A stretch of DNA of 32,000 nucleotides from Candidatus Nanohalobium constans (GCF_009617975.1 NZ_CP040089.1:780001-812000), one strand, 5' to 3'; positions 15,362 to 25,100 are shown, numbered from the stretch's first letter. Notes: a model not told the origin generated them from the sequence alone. Translations and numbers: made by a program.

Positions 15362-16162
15362 GTGGATGAGAGAGATTTGAGTCCGGAGCTGGGGGACTTG
15401 GAGGATGCGACCGAGTTTTTGTCTCGGAAGTGGTATCCTTTGATAATTTTCACTCTTTCTGAAGCCGGTGACCTGGGTTTTAATGATTTGAAGGAGTCTA
15501 TTGGCGATGTTTCTGGAAAGGTTTTGTCTGAGAATCTTTCAAACCTGGTTGAGGAAGGTTTTGTTGAAAAAGAGGTTTTAAGCGAGAGTCCTAAGAGAGT
15601 TAAGTATTCTTTGACTGAGAAAGGGACTGGTTTGAGACCTATACTTGAGGAGATGCTTGAGTGGGCGGGCAGCGGCGAGGTTAAGGTGCTTGTTGTCGAG
15701 GATGAGGAGAGTCTTGCCGATCTGTATGTTAACTGGCTGTCCTCAAAGTACGATGTACTGAAGGCTGTTTCCGGGAATGAGGCGTTAGAAAAAATAGGTA
15801 GGGATGTCGACCTTGTAGTATTGGATCGTGAACTACCTGATTCAAGCGGGGAGCAGATCTCAAGTAAGATAAGCGAGGTCTATGATTGTAGTATAATGTT
15901 TACTACTGCTCACGACCCGGAAGTTGATATCGTTGACATGCCGGTCGATGAATACCTCACCAAGCCTGTGTCAAAGGATGAACTATTGAACGCTGTTTCA
16001 GAGATTGTAGACGGCGATATGACTGATTTGGAGAGGAATCTTCGTTCTTTGAAGGCTAAGAAAGATGTTCTTGAAAGCGAGAAGGATCTTTCTAACCTTG
16101 AGGACAAGGAGAAGTATCAGGATCTTCTGGATAGGATTGAGGAGTTGAACAGGAAGGTTTAA
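15362..16162 (+). CDS. fusion regulator: N-terminal HxlR-type winged helix + receiver domain + C-terminal HalX-like coiled coil
   Basis: - HxlR pattern: RKWYPLIIFTL..AGDLGFNDLKESIGDVSGKVLSENLSNLVEEGFVEKEV....PKRVKYSLTEKG..L.PIL..MLEW
- Canonical REC: VLVVEDEE, DLVVLDRELPDSSG, FTTAH, YLTKP
- About 45-aa helical tail (DLERNLRSLKAKKDVLESEKDLSNLEDKEKYQDLLDRIEELNRKV)
- GTG start at 15362; there is no in-frame ATG near the 5' end. Confidence 0.8.
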   Translation: MDERDLSPELGDLEDATEFLSRKWYPLIIFTLSEAGDLGFNDLKESIGDVSGKVLSENLSNLVEEGFVEKEVLSESPKRVKYSLTEKGTGLRPILEEMLEWAGSGEVKVLVVEDEESLADLYVNWLSSKYDVLKAVSGNEALEKIGRDVDLVVLDRELPDSSGEQISSKISEVYDCSIMFTTAHDPEVDIVDMPVDEYLTKPVSKDELLNAVSEIVDGDMTDLERNLRSLKAKKDVLESEKDLSNLEDKEKYQDLLDRIEELNRKV

Positions 16163-18019
16163 TCAGGTTTCAAATTCGAATCTTGCTCCGCCCTTGGTTG
16201 ATTCACTGACCTTAACTTTCCATCCTTGGAAGTTTGCTATCTTCTCGACTATGGTTAAGCCGATTCCTGTACTGTCCTGAGTTGTGTATCCAAACTCAAA
16301 TACTTTATTTCTCTCTGATTCAGGTATGCCTGGACCGTCGTCCTCGACATAGAATCCTTTACTGGTAGAACCTACTCTGACCGTGACACTCTGATCTGAG
16401 TGCTTGATGGAATTAGAGAAAATATTTTCCAGCAAGTGTTTGAGCTGCTCCTTATTGGCTTCAACCGTTACCTCGTCGACCACTTCAAGTTCAGCGTTAT
16501 CCATGTAGTCATAGCTCCAGGATTCGTTAGACAGCTTTCTCAGGTCAACCTGCTGCTTCTCCAATTTTTTCGTGTGCTTCGCCATCTCCAGCACTGTTTC
16601 AATTATCTCATCCATCCTGTTCAGCGCGGAACCTACCTGATCTTTTTCATCTGAGTTTTCAAGCATTTCAAGATAGCCCTGCGCTATATTCAAAGGATTT
16701 CTAAGGTCATGGGACAGCATTCTCACAAACTGATCCATCTGCTGTTCCTGACGCTCCAGTTTCTCATCCCTCTCCAGAATCTCTTTCTCACGCTCCACAC
16801 GGTCAAGAGAAGACTTCACAGAGTCCCCAAACCAGTCAGCAATATACATATCAACCTGATCAAACTCCTTCTGCTCCTCCGAACCCGCTATCAAAACACC
16901 GTGACCCCCAACAGGCACAATGACTTCGGACGCAATCCGAGTATCAGGGTTCTGAGGATCAAGCTCATTGACCTCCTCAATGATCCGCGACTCCTTATCA
17001 GAGTAGACCTCGCCCGCAATAGAAGAATCTATACTTAGTGATGGCGTACCCTCAAACACTTCCTCAAGCTCAAAATTAGAAACCTCAGGCACAAACTCCC
17101 TTCCGCGGATTTCAAACGCAGCACACATAGGGAGATCAAATATATCGCACATAGCCTCCACTGCCACCTGCTTAACTTCCTCTTTAGTATCCATTTCAGA
17201 CATCTTCCTATTAGTCTCAATCACCTTCTCTAAAGCTCTTTCCTTCTTCTTCCTAGAACTTATATCAGCCAAGACCGATACAAGATGAGGATTCTCCCCC
17301 TCATCAAGATTAAACGGTATCTTAGTCGTCTCAAGATATCTCTCACCCTCACCCGGAATATCAAAGTTTTGCTCAACCGTGACAGCATCCCAATTCTCTA
17401 TCGCCGCCTCATCAGTCTCCTTAATCCGTTTTATCTGTTCACCAGTCAGAGGAGAATCCTCAATCCTGGAACCAATCACATCACCAAGCTCCGTATCATC
17501 TCCAGCAGCCCTCTTGTTAGCCATAACAACCCTGTCCTCACCATCCCTGACAACAACACCTGCCGGAAGCAAATCAACAACCTTCTTCAACACATCAACT
17601 TCCTCAACACCGGAAGAAGAATCAACCTTAGTACCTATATTATGCGGCGACTCCTCAGCAGCCTTTCTAATCCTCTCCACAAGAACAGAGAACTTGAAAA
17701 AAGAAGAATCCTTCGAAACATAATCATCAACACCGTTACCAAAGGCATTCCGCACCATTTCAGAATCCCTTCCCGATGTAAACAGAATCAAAGGCACATC
17801 CCCACTAAGAGACTTCAAATCATCGCACAACACTTTACCAGGCTTCCCAGGAAGACCATACTCAGTAACAATACAGTCAACATCCTCAGAGCCTAAAACA
17901 TTCCTAACATCGCTACAGCTCTGAGCCCTCAAAACCTGCATACCCTCCTCTTCCAGCTTACGAGCCGTCAAACTCAAAAACTGGATATCATCATCAACCA
18001 CAAGAACACGCAAAGACAT
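16163..18019 (-). CDS. hybrid sensor histidine kinase: REC(-like) + PAS + GAF + HisKA + HATPase_c
   Basis: - H box: MLSHDLRNPLNIAQGYLEML
- N box: LENIFSNSIKHS
- G1: VEDDGPGIP
- G2: GYTTQDSTGIGLTIV
- N-terminal REC: VLVVDDD, LFTSG, YVSKD
- A PAS-like region (LPAGVVVRDGEDRVVMANK...) and a GAF-like region lie between
- The stop abuts the convergent regulator stop. Confidence 0.88.
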   Translation of the reverse strand: MSLRVLVVDDDIQFLSLTARKLEEEGMQVLRAQSCSDVRNVLGSEDVDCIVTEYGLPGKPGKVLCDDLKSLSGDVPLILFTSGRDSEMVRNAFGNGVDDYVSKDSSFFKFSVLVERIRKAAEESPHNIGTKVDSSSGVEEVDVLKKVVDLLPAGVVVRDGEDRVVMANKRAAGDDTELGDVIGSRIEDSPLTGEQIKRIKETDEAAIENWDAVTVEQNFDIPGEGERYLETTKIPFNLDEGENPHLVSVLADISSRKKKERALEKVIETNRKMSEMDTKEEVKQVAVEAMCDIFDLPMCAAFEIRGREFVPEVSNFELEEVFEGTPSLSIDSSIAGEVYSDKESRIIEEVNELDPQNPDTRIASEVIVPVGGHGVLIAGSEEQKEFDQVDMYIADWFGDSVKSSLDRVEREKEILERDEKLERQEQQMDQFVRMLSHDLRNPLNIAQGYLEMLENSDEKDQVGSALNRMDEIIETVLEMAKHTKKLEKQQVDLRKLSNESWSYDYMDNAELEVVDEVTVEANKEQLKHLLENIFSNSIKHSDQSVTVRVGSTSKGFYVEDDGPGIPESERNKVFEFGYTTQDSTGIGLTIVEKIANFQGWKVKVSESTKGGARFEFET

Positions 18020-18120
18020 AACAAAAACTCACAACCCTACAAAACACACAATTACAACGCTAAAGATAAAAATCCTTCGAACAAACACAACTCTCTAAAA
18101 CACAACACCCCCAACATCCG

Positions 18121-18130
18121 TTTTATAAAA
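18121..18130 (+). promoter_or_regulatory. TATA-like box (TTTTATAAAA) upstream of tRNA-Asn
   Basis: It lies 36 to 27 nt upstream of the tRNA 5' end at 18157. Confidence 0.45.
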
Positions 18131-18156
18131 TTCTACCCAACCAATTAGAATACACA

Positions 18157-18289
18157 GCCCAACTAGCTCAGTAGGTAGAGCGCCACGCTGTTAAACTCGT
18201 CCTTTCTCACAGAGAAAGGGCATGTAGAAGACGCCTAGTCTTCGAATACAGGCACGTGGTGGTCCCAGGTTCGAATCCTGGGTTGGGCG
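18157..18289 (+). tRNA. tRNA-Asn(GTT) with a 60-nt intron (18194-18253) at position 37/38
   Basis: Hand fold:
- Acceptor GCCCAAC / GTTGGGC
- D arm GCTC-AGTAGGTA-GAGC
- Anticodon stem CCACG / CGTGG
- Loop CT-GTT-A...A
- Variable loop TGGTC
- T arm CCAGG-TTCGAAT-CCTGG
- Discriminator G18289
- BHB core: helix CTGT (18188-18191) / ACAG (18248-18251), with bulges TAA (18192-18194) and GCA (18252-18254). Confidence 0.85.
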
Positions 18290-18449
18290 ATTTAGGATAT
18301 GTGAAGTTGGTTAGGCAATCAGACATTTTGTGCGGACGCCTCCTGTCTCCTCTGGAGAATTGTTTTCTGAAACACCAGGACTCTGACTACAACGGCAGCG
18401 ATATAGCGACCTTATAGAAATTAAGTATGAGGAACCATATCAAGTGTTT

Positions 18450-19001
18450 ATGCGGAAGGTATTGCTAACTGTTTCTGTCTTGTTGCTTGTATCCGGTGCA
18501 GCGTGTTTGATCGCTGCTGAAGGACACAACCCTGAGAATGCAGCAGAAGACTCAGAGGTAGTTGTCCACGGAATAGTTTCCAATATCGCTGGGTCTGGGG
18601 AAGTCGCCAAGCATCATCCTGTCAAGATAAATGTAACTGAGGTCTTCAAAGGAAACACCTCAGACACCGTAACTATCCAAATTCAGGGAACAGATAGGAT
18701 GAGTGTTTCAACCGCAGCACAGTTCACGGAAGGAGAAGAAGTAGTGGTGATGCTGGAGGAACAGGAAGACTGTTACTATATGACGAATGGCTACGCCACC
18801 AAATATGAAGTCTCAGAAAATGATACCATACAGCTTGTAGCACCTGAACGCAAGAACATTACTGTGGCTGAAATGGAATCTATTGTAGAGCAAACCTCTA
18901 ATTCTAATAGTACTTCTCCAGAAGTGCAGCAGAGAGAAGGAACAGAATCAAGTTTTGACATTATTGCAGTCTTAGAAGCAGCACTTAACTGGGTGTTTTA
19001 A
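18450..19001 (+). CDS. secreted protein or putative lipoprotein, function unknown
   Basis: The signal peptide is MRKVLLTVSVLLLVSGAAC, with a lipobox-like SGAAC. The mature part is acidic. The ORF track starts at a GTG at 18444; an ATG lies at 18450. Confidence 0.6.
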   Translation: MRKVLLTVSVLLLVSGAACLIAAEGHNPENAAEDSEVVVHGIVSNIAGSGEVAKHHPVKINVTEVFKGNTSDTVTIQIQGTDRMSVSTAAQFTEGEEVVVMLEEQEDCYYMTNGYATKYEVSENDTIQLVAPERKNITVAEMESIVEQTSNSNSTSPEVQQREGTESSFDIIAVLEAALNWVF

Positions 19002-19104
19002 CTCATTTACAGATATATTGATCGTTTTGTTCAACTCATAACACGCAAACTCCGAGTTGCATTCAGTTGAGAGAACGCAAATTTATCCTGCTTTTTCATT
19101 CTTG

Positions 19105-19199
19105 TAGTAGGTATTTAACCCTACTAAATTGACACTGTGGTGTAATTTTTACCCTACTAATTTACCATTAGATGTTTAAGTCTTCTCCACTAAATACCT
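19105..19199 (+). promoter_or_regulatory. cluster of CCTACTAA(A/T)T repeats plus a TATA-like box upstream of the AAA ATPase gene
   Basis: TAACCCTACTAAATT (19116-19130) and TTACCCTACTAATTT (19149-19163) match at 13/15 positions. There is a partial third copy CCACTAAAT (19188-19196) and an inverted TAGTAGG (19105-19111). TTTAAG at 19175-19180 lies 28-23 nt upstream of the ATG at 19203. Confidence 0.4.
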
Positions 19200-19202
19200 G
19201 TT

Positions 19203-20474
19203 ATGACAGACTATATCAAAAGAAAGATGCTGGAAAAAGTTGAAAACCACCTTGAAAAGGAGGAAATATCGTTGATTGTAGGTGCGAGACAGGTCGGTAA
19301 AACAACCTTGATGCAGCAACTCAAGGAAGAACTGGAGGACGACGATGAGAACACACTCTACCTCAGTATGGATATACAGGAAGACCGGACACATTTCGAG
19401 TCACAGCAGGACTTAATCGACAGAGTGGAACTGGAGTTTGGAGAGGAGAAAGGGTATGTTTTCCTTGATGAGATTCAGAGGAAGGAGAACGCTGGACTGT
19501 TCCTGAAAGGGATTTACGACCGAGAACTACCGTACAAGTTTGTAGTTTCAGGTTCAGGTAGTCTGGAACTGAAGGAGAACATCCACGAATCACTGGCTGG
19601 ACGGAAAAGAATCTTCGAGCTACCGCCAGTATCCTTCAAAGAGTTTGTTAACTACGAGACCGATTACGAATACGAGGACAGACTGGAGAAATACTTCGAA
19701 GTTAAAAAAGATGAGACAGATCGTTTACTGAAGAAATACTTGAACTATGGAGGCTATCCTCGTGTAGTAACTGAATCAAAAGAAGAGGAGAAACGCAGAG
19801 TTATCGATGAAATATTCTCCAGTTACTTGGAGAGAGATGTATCAAGCTTCCTGAATGTTCGAAAAGTTGATGCTTACTCCAAGCTCGTATCCGTTCTCGC
19901 AGACCAAATGGGCGATCCAGTCAGCAATTCCAAACTGGCAAGGGATGTCGGAGTAAAATCAACCACTGTCAGGAACTACCTGGAATACCTGGACAAGACC
20001 TTCATCGTAGAGCAGACGAATCCTTTCTACACCAATAAGAAGAAAGAGATAACTAAGTCGCCTATAGTCTATTTCTCTGATCCAGGATTGAGGAATTATA
20101 GTATTCAGAGGTTCGGACACTTGAATACACCTTCCGAATTCGGAGAACTGTTCGAAGGATTCATTCATAACTTCTTGAAGCAGGAGACGCAGTTCACTGG
20201 TCTTGATGTAAGGTACTGGAGGACTAAATCTCAGGCGGAGGTAGATTTCGTCCTTTCGGCAGGAAACAAGGTAGAACTACCTGTAGAAGTAAAGTACAAA
20301 GAACTGGACGAACCAAAGGTTACAAAGTCGCTGCGAAGCTTCATGAAAAAATACAGCCCCGAAAAAGCAGTAGTAGTCAACCTTTCACTCGAAGAAACAG
20401 TGGAAATAGAAGAAACCCGGGTAGAGTTTATACCCTACACTAAGTTCCTATACAAATTGGAAGAAATGATATAG
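19203..20474 (+). CDS. AAA+ ATPase of the COG1373 type (AAA_14 + DUF4143 architecture)
   Basis: Walker A is GARQVGKTTL and Walker B-like is VFLDEIQ. The C-terminal part (...YFSDPGLRN......GELFEGF....L........YWRT....EVDFVL) matches the DUF4143/restriction-endonuclease-like tail typical of this family. Confidence 0.8.
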   Translation: MTDYIKRKMLEKVENHLEKEEISLIVGARQVGKTTLMQQLKEELEDDDENTLYLSMDIQEDRTHFESQQDLIDRVELEFGEEKGYVFLDEIQRKENAGLFLKGIYDRELPYKFVVSGSGSLELKENIHESLAGRKRIFELPPVSFKEFVNYETDYEYEDRLEKYFEVKKDETDRLLKKYLNYGGYPRVVTESKEEEKRRVIDEIFSSYLERDVSSFLNVRKVDAYSKLVSVLADQMGDPVSNSKLARDVGVKSTTVRNYLEYLDKTFIVEQTNPFYTNKKKEITKSPIVYFSDPGLRNYSIQRFGHLNTPSEFGELFEGFIHNFLKQETQFTGLDVRYWRTKSQAEVDFVLSAGNKVELPVEVKYKELDEPKVTKSLRSFMKKYSPEKAVVVNLSLEETVEIEETRVEFIPYTKFLYKLEEMI

Positions 20475-20479
20475 GGAAA

Positions 20480-20611
20480 CTAAATCGATAGAGAAGTTCT
20501 AAGTTGTTTAAATGCTTCCTTCAGCCGAACTGTAAAATCTCGATCAGGAGCTTCTCTATTGTTCTCAGCTATACTTTCTACAGTTTCTTTTTCTTCATTT
20601 GAAAGCTCCAT
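20480..20611 (-). CDS. possible 43-aa acidic mini-protein
   Basis: My own translation is MELSNEEKETVESIAENNREAPDRDFTVRLKEAFKQLRTSLSI followed by TAG. AGGTGA lies 9 nt upstream of the ATG. It starts 58 nt downstream of the 468-aa surface protein gene on the same strand. Confidence 0.3.
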   Translation of the reverse strand: MELSNEEKETVESIAENNREAPDRDFTVRLKEAFKQLRTSLSI

Positions 20612-20669
20612 TTTTTGGGTTCACCTGAAAATAGAATAAAGAAAGGGGGAGAATATGGTTGAGATTTTT

Positions 20670-22076
20670 TTACTCTCTGAGGTCTTCAACCTTGTCTTGA
20701 ATGGTTTCTCTCTGAGTGTAGCCGACCACGCCTAAGATTGCTACAATCAGTAGTGCGACTGCTACAGGAAGCATCGGTGTTCCTTTCTGAGAGGCTTCGA
20801 CTGTTGTTGACTGGTTGCCTGCCGAGAAGGATAGGCTTCCAGACTGTTCTACTGTGTAGTTGTAGCTGAGGGTTCTTTCCTCTCCAGCTTCAAGGCTGAC
20901 GGTCTCGGATTTGATGACTTCGTCTCCGAGTGTTACTTCGACTTCCTGTGTTCCTTCAGCGTCTCCGGTGTTCTCAACTGTAACATCGATTGTTACATCA
21001 AACGGAGGAGTTCCCTCTAAAGGCTGAACATTCAGCGAGGAGGTCTGGATGTTTGGTTCTCCCTGTGTCTCGTTCTCCTGTTCTTGGAGTGCGATTGCGT
21101 AGTAGGAGAAACCTGTCGAACTTGCCTCAAACCTATAACTGTTGTCAAGTTCTTCACCGATTCTCGTGTCCAGTTCCTGCCAGTTCTGGTCGTTGTAGCG
21201 TTTCATCACTACATCTTCAGGACTTCTACCTCTATCGTCAAGGTAGCTTTTCTGGACTTTGAACTTGACATTTGACTCTGTAATGTCCTCGTCTTCAACT
21301 CCCTCGACATCGATCTGCTGGTAGCTGTAGACATCTGAACCAGCATCTTCCGAAACTGTTTCAGGTCTGTCTGTTCCGAGATCGCTTACCGAAACTGAGA
21401 CGCTGTCGGATGAACTGCTTGAAGTGAAGCTGACCTGCTCAACTGTGGACTCAGCTTCTTCGGTGTCAGGGATGTTGACCTGAACCTGCTGGTTCTCCTC
21501 AACCTGGTCAACCTGTGCAGAGGCTTGACCAGTCTCAGGATCTACCTCAGCGTCAACCTGTTTTGGCTCAGGCTTGTCATCCGAAGGCGGTAAAGTTCCA
21601 CCTGGATCTGTGTCATCTGAACCATCGGAACTATCACTGGAATCATCATCGCTTCCAGAACCATCTTCTGATTCTTGAGGGGCAAAAGTATCATCAGGGA
21701 ATACCAAATCTATATTCTGAGTTCCCGATTCCAAACTGTAAGGACTATCTACCGATTCGACTCCATCTGATGAGTTCACTCTGAAACTTACTTCGTCCCC
21801 TGCTCCACTATTCACAGATAGCTTTTCCGCCATAGGAGCTTCAGACCCATAAACTCCGGTATCAGCTATTTCGATAGATCCTATAACCTCGCCATCTGTG
21901 ACTGCCACTATACTACTTGAAACAGGAATTCCATTACCGTTTTCATCCACTGCATCACCGTAGAAGCTAGCGGGTTTTCCCGGAGCACCAGTTTGAGCAG
22001 CTGAGAATCCAAAACTAATCATTAACAGAGTTAAAACTAATCCAAACTTCGCAAATCCGCTTTTATTCATCTTCAT
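20670..22076 (-). CDS. cell-surface protein: signal peptide, acidic linker, PGF-pre-PGF-like domain, CARDB-like domain, C-terminal TM anchor
   Basis: - Signal peptide: MKMNKSGFAKFGLVLTLLMISFGFSAAQ
- D/S-rich linker
- NVKFKVQKSYLDDRGRSPEDVVMKRYNDQNWQELDT......YRFEASSTGFSYYAIA resembles the archaeal PGF-pre-PGF pattern
- CARDB-like segment: VTVENTGDAEGTQEVEVTLGDEVI..ETVSLEAGEERTLSYNYT
- TM anchor LPVAVALLIVAILGVVGY plus a short charged tail. Confidence 0.75.
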   Translation of the reverse strand: MKMNKSGFAKFGLVLTLLMISFGFSAAQTGAPGKPASFYGDAVDENGNGIPVSSSIVAVTDGEVIGSIEIADTGVYGSEAPMAEKLSVNSGAGDEVSFRVNSSDGVESVDSPYSLESGTQNIDLVFPDDTFAPQESEDGSGSDDDSSDSSDGSDDTDPGGTLPPSDDKPEPKQVDAEVDPETGQASAQVDQVEENQQVQVNIPDTEEAESTVEQVSFTSSSSSDSVSVSVSDLGTDRPETVSEDAGSDVYSYQQIDVEGVEDEDITESNVKFKVQKSYLDDRGRSPEDVVMKRYNDQNWQELDTRIGEELDNSYRFEASSTGFSYYAIALQEQENETQGEPNIQTSSLNVQPLEGTPPFDVTIDVTVENTGDAEGTQEVEVTLGDEVIKSETVSLEAGEERTLSYNYTVEQSGSLSFSAGNQSTTVEASQKGTPMLPVAVALLIVAILGVVGYTQRETIQDKVEDLRE

Positions 22077-22134
22077 TTTTTAGATCACCTATCAAGATAA
22101 GAAAAAAGGTTAAATGGAGAGGAGATTTACTCCT

Positions 22135-25100
22135 CTACGAGAGTCCTCTAAAAGAGGTTCTGTCTCCTGGGATGTAGTTAGGAGTCAGAATTGCTCTGTT
22201 TCTGTATTCAGGGTTTTCAACATTTACCCAGTAGGCAGCAAATCCTGAAACTGCCTTACTTCCAGAGATTGAAGCTGAAAGATCTTCTGGGTAAGCTGTA
22301 AGTCCATCATCCAAACCTATGTTCTGAAGACCCTGAAGGTCTGTGTCAAGAGATCTCTCTCCACCTGTACTTACATCAGAGTTATCTGAAGTCTCTGAGA
22401 TGTCAAAGTTGCTTCCTACAAGATGCCATCCGTTCACCATCTCAACTTCTCCTGGTGAAAGTTTTTCTGCATCTGTCTCGAAGGTGTAACCGACTCTTGC
22501 ATAGCTGTTGGCTGCCTCGAAGTACATTCCTCTGTGAAGGTCACTTACATTCTCAAGCATCTCTCCTTCACCTACTGAAGGTTCTTCGTAGCTTCCTTCG
22601 CTTGGGTTCCAAGCAGTTACAGAGTCAACGCCTTCAAGATCAAGACTTGCAGGCTGAGGAACTGATCTCAGGTTGAAACCTTCCTCCAAATAGAAGGCTT
22701 CATGAACCAAGTTTACCTCGCCAGATGCAAGAACATCTGATTGTCCATCGAGCGTGACATTCACATCCGCACTACCTGTCTCTGTAGCTCCAATGTTGGA
22801 TGGTACGATAAAAGCTGTGAAATCTCCATTTCCAGTTTTATTGAATGTAGTCCCTCTGATATGTACATCGAGACCCTGAGAAGTCTGGAGTGTGTTGCCA
22901 AATTCGTCGACAACTGTTCCTGAAATCTCCATGAGTCCTTGGTTAGTTACAACCCCAACAAAATCCTGATTTATACTCAGGTTCACTACATCACTTGCTG
23001 AAGCAGGGCTGACTTCGAACTCGCTCGACTGAACAAGCTGAGTTGACGGACTATCAATCACATTGTCAGCCGAACTATCAATACTGAAGTTCAACTGGTA
23101 ACCTGTGTCCGCCGTGTTAATCTGTAGATTGCTGAATTCAGCGAGTCCACTGCCATCAGTTGATACTGTAGTTGTTCCTGCATCGAACTCATATCCGCTT
23201 GCCTCAGCAACACTTACATTAACACCTTCAACAGCGTTTCCAAACTCATCCGTTACCTTAGCTGTTGGTGTTCCTGAGATACTTGATCCGGCTTCTGAAT
23301 CTGAAGGCTCAGAGTTGACTGAAACTGAGTCAGCTGCAGCAGATTCAACTGTTATTGTACTGCTTGTGCCTGAGACTGGTGTATTCTGACCGTCTTCTAC
23401 TTTCAGAGTTGTGTCTTTAGCTGCGACCAGAGTCACACTTCCTGTTGCAGCTCCATCTGTGAAACTTAGGTCAGATGGGTAAGTTGGACTTGTTCCATTT
23501 GGCGCATTACTTGGATTGCTATATGTGAAGGTGTAGCCATTCAGGGTTTCGTCGATACTTTTGACGGTGTTACTGTAATCGTCAATGGCTTTGACCTCTA
23601 CTTCGAATGGTGTTCCTGCTTCCTGCGTTAGGGCTGCAGGTTCTACAGAGTAACCTGTGTGTGCTGCAGGTTCAACTGTATGAGTTACTGAATCTGCTGT
23701 GATGTCTGATGCGTTGACGGTAAGTGAATGATCTCCAGCATTCTCATCATAATAGAAGAAGTTCTCTGTGCTGGGACCACCAGTAATGGTTACTGTGGTG
23801 GTTGAGCTTCCTGATGAAGAATCTCTAAACTCTGCGTTCTCTCCTGTGGAGTTTGTTGATAGATCCACGTTTAAACTTCCGCTGGTAACTGCGTTGTCGT
23901 TTGCATCGTACCGAGTCACTACAAATTCCGTTGACTCTGAGCCGGCTTCACTTGCACTTGGAGTTGTTGTAATCTCCAAGTAATCTGTTACGCCTGGCTT
24001 GAAGTGAGCTGTTGCTGTGTCTGAAGTTACATCTCCAGCTATTGTGGAGAACTGAACTGTGTAATCTCCGCTGTTGGTCGAAGTTGCTGTAAATGTGGCT
24101 TCTCCGTTCGAATTGGTCTCTGCTGTGTCTCCTGAACTAATGTCGCTTAGACTTCCTTCGTCCTGACCACTATCTACTGAGACCGTTGCTCCTTCAATAC
24201 CATCACCGCTGTAATCAGTTACTGTAGTTGTGAACTTAACTTCCTCATCTCCATCTGCAACTGCTTCATCGCTTGATGTGGTATTCGACTCAGCAGTGAT
24301 GGTTTTTGCTACCTGCGTGATATTAGCCGTGAAGCTATCTCCGCTTCCTGGAAGCTGAGTTCCTGCATTAACGGTGACTTCTGATTCAGCCTGAATCTGG
24401 GTTCCTGAACTATCAAGAACTGTTACTCCCCCAACATCTCCATTTGCATCAAATGTTGGTGAAGTAGAAGTCGAGGCAGAATCACCAGTACCTGCGAAGT
24501 TACTGGTATCAAAGTTCACTGTAGCTGATTTTGTGAAGTTATCTCCTGCCAGATCTTTCGCTCCTGTCAAATCAACTGTCAAAGCACTATTCTGTCCTAC
24601 TTCGACTGAATCCTGATTAACCTGAACTTTGTCGAGAACAGGATTGACTTTCACTGAAGTTGTGGCTGTATCGTCCTCAGTAACCACTTTAGCAGTCTGG
24701 CTTCCTGAAGATACTTCTGTTTCTGATCCACTTGCAGTTAGTGTCTCAGTGCTGGACGAACCTGCTGAAATTGTAACGTCGCTATTTGTGTCAACTGTAT
24801 TTCCATCTGGGAACTCCAAACTTACATCTTTAGTTCCTGAGACATCTCCTACGTTGCTTATCTTTGCTTCGACTGTCAAAGTGCCCTCCTGATCAACGGA
24901 ATCATCCGTATTTCCACTATTAATAACTGCTTCAAATGTTGCCGATTGATCAAGACTGAAGTCTTCAGTACGATCTTCACCAGCACTCAAAGTAAACGTG
25001 GTCGATTTATCTTCATGGTTATCGACTCCAGTGACATCAATAGTCACGTCGCCTTCAGCGACATCATTGAAAGTGTAAGTGCCACTGTTTGAACTTAGGT

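Noticed and set aside
16400-17896. Plus-strand ORFs inside the histidine-kinase gene (16400..16654, 16709..17038, 17285..17896, 17379..17723).
   Set aside because: They are antisense to a gene with unambiguous H, N, G1 and G2 boxes, and are basic, Leu/Ile/Arg-rich and low-complexity. Similar shadow ORFs inside top6B, the 1296-aa gene and others were dismissed for the same reason.
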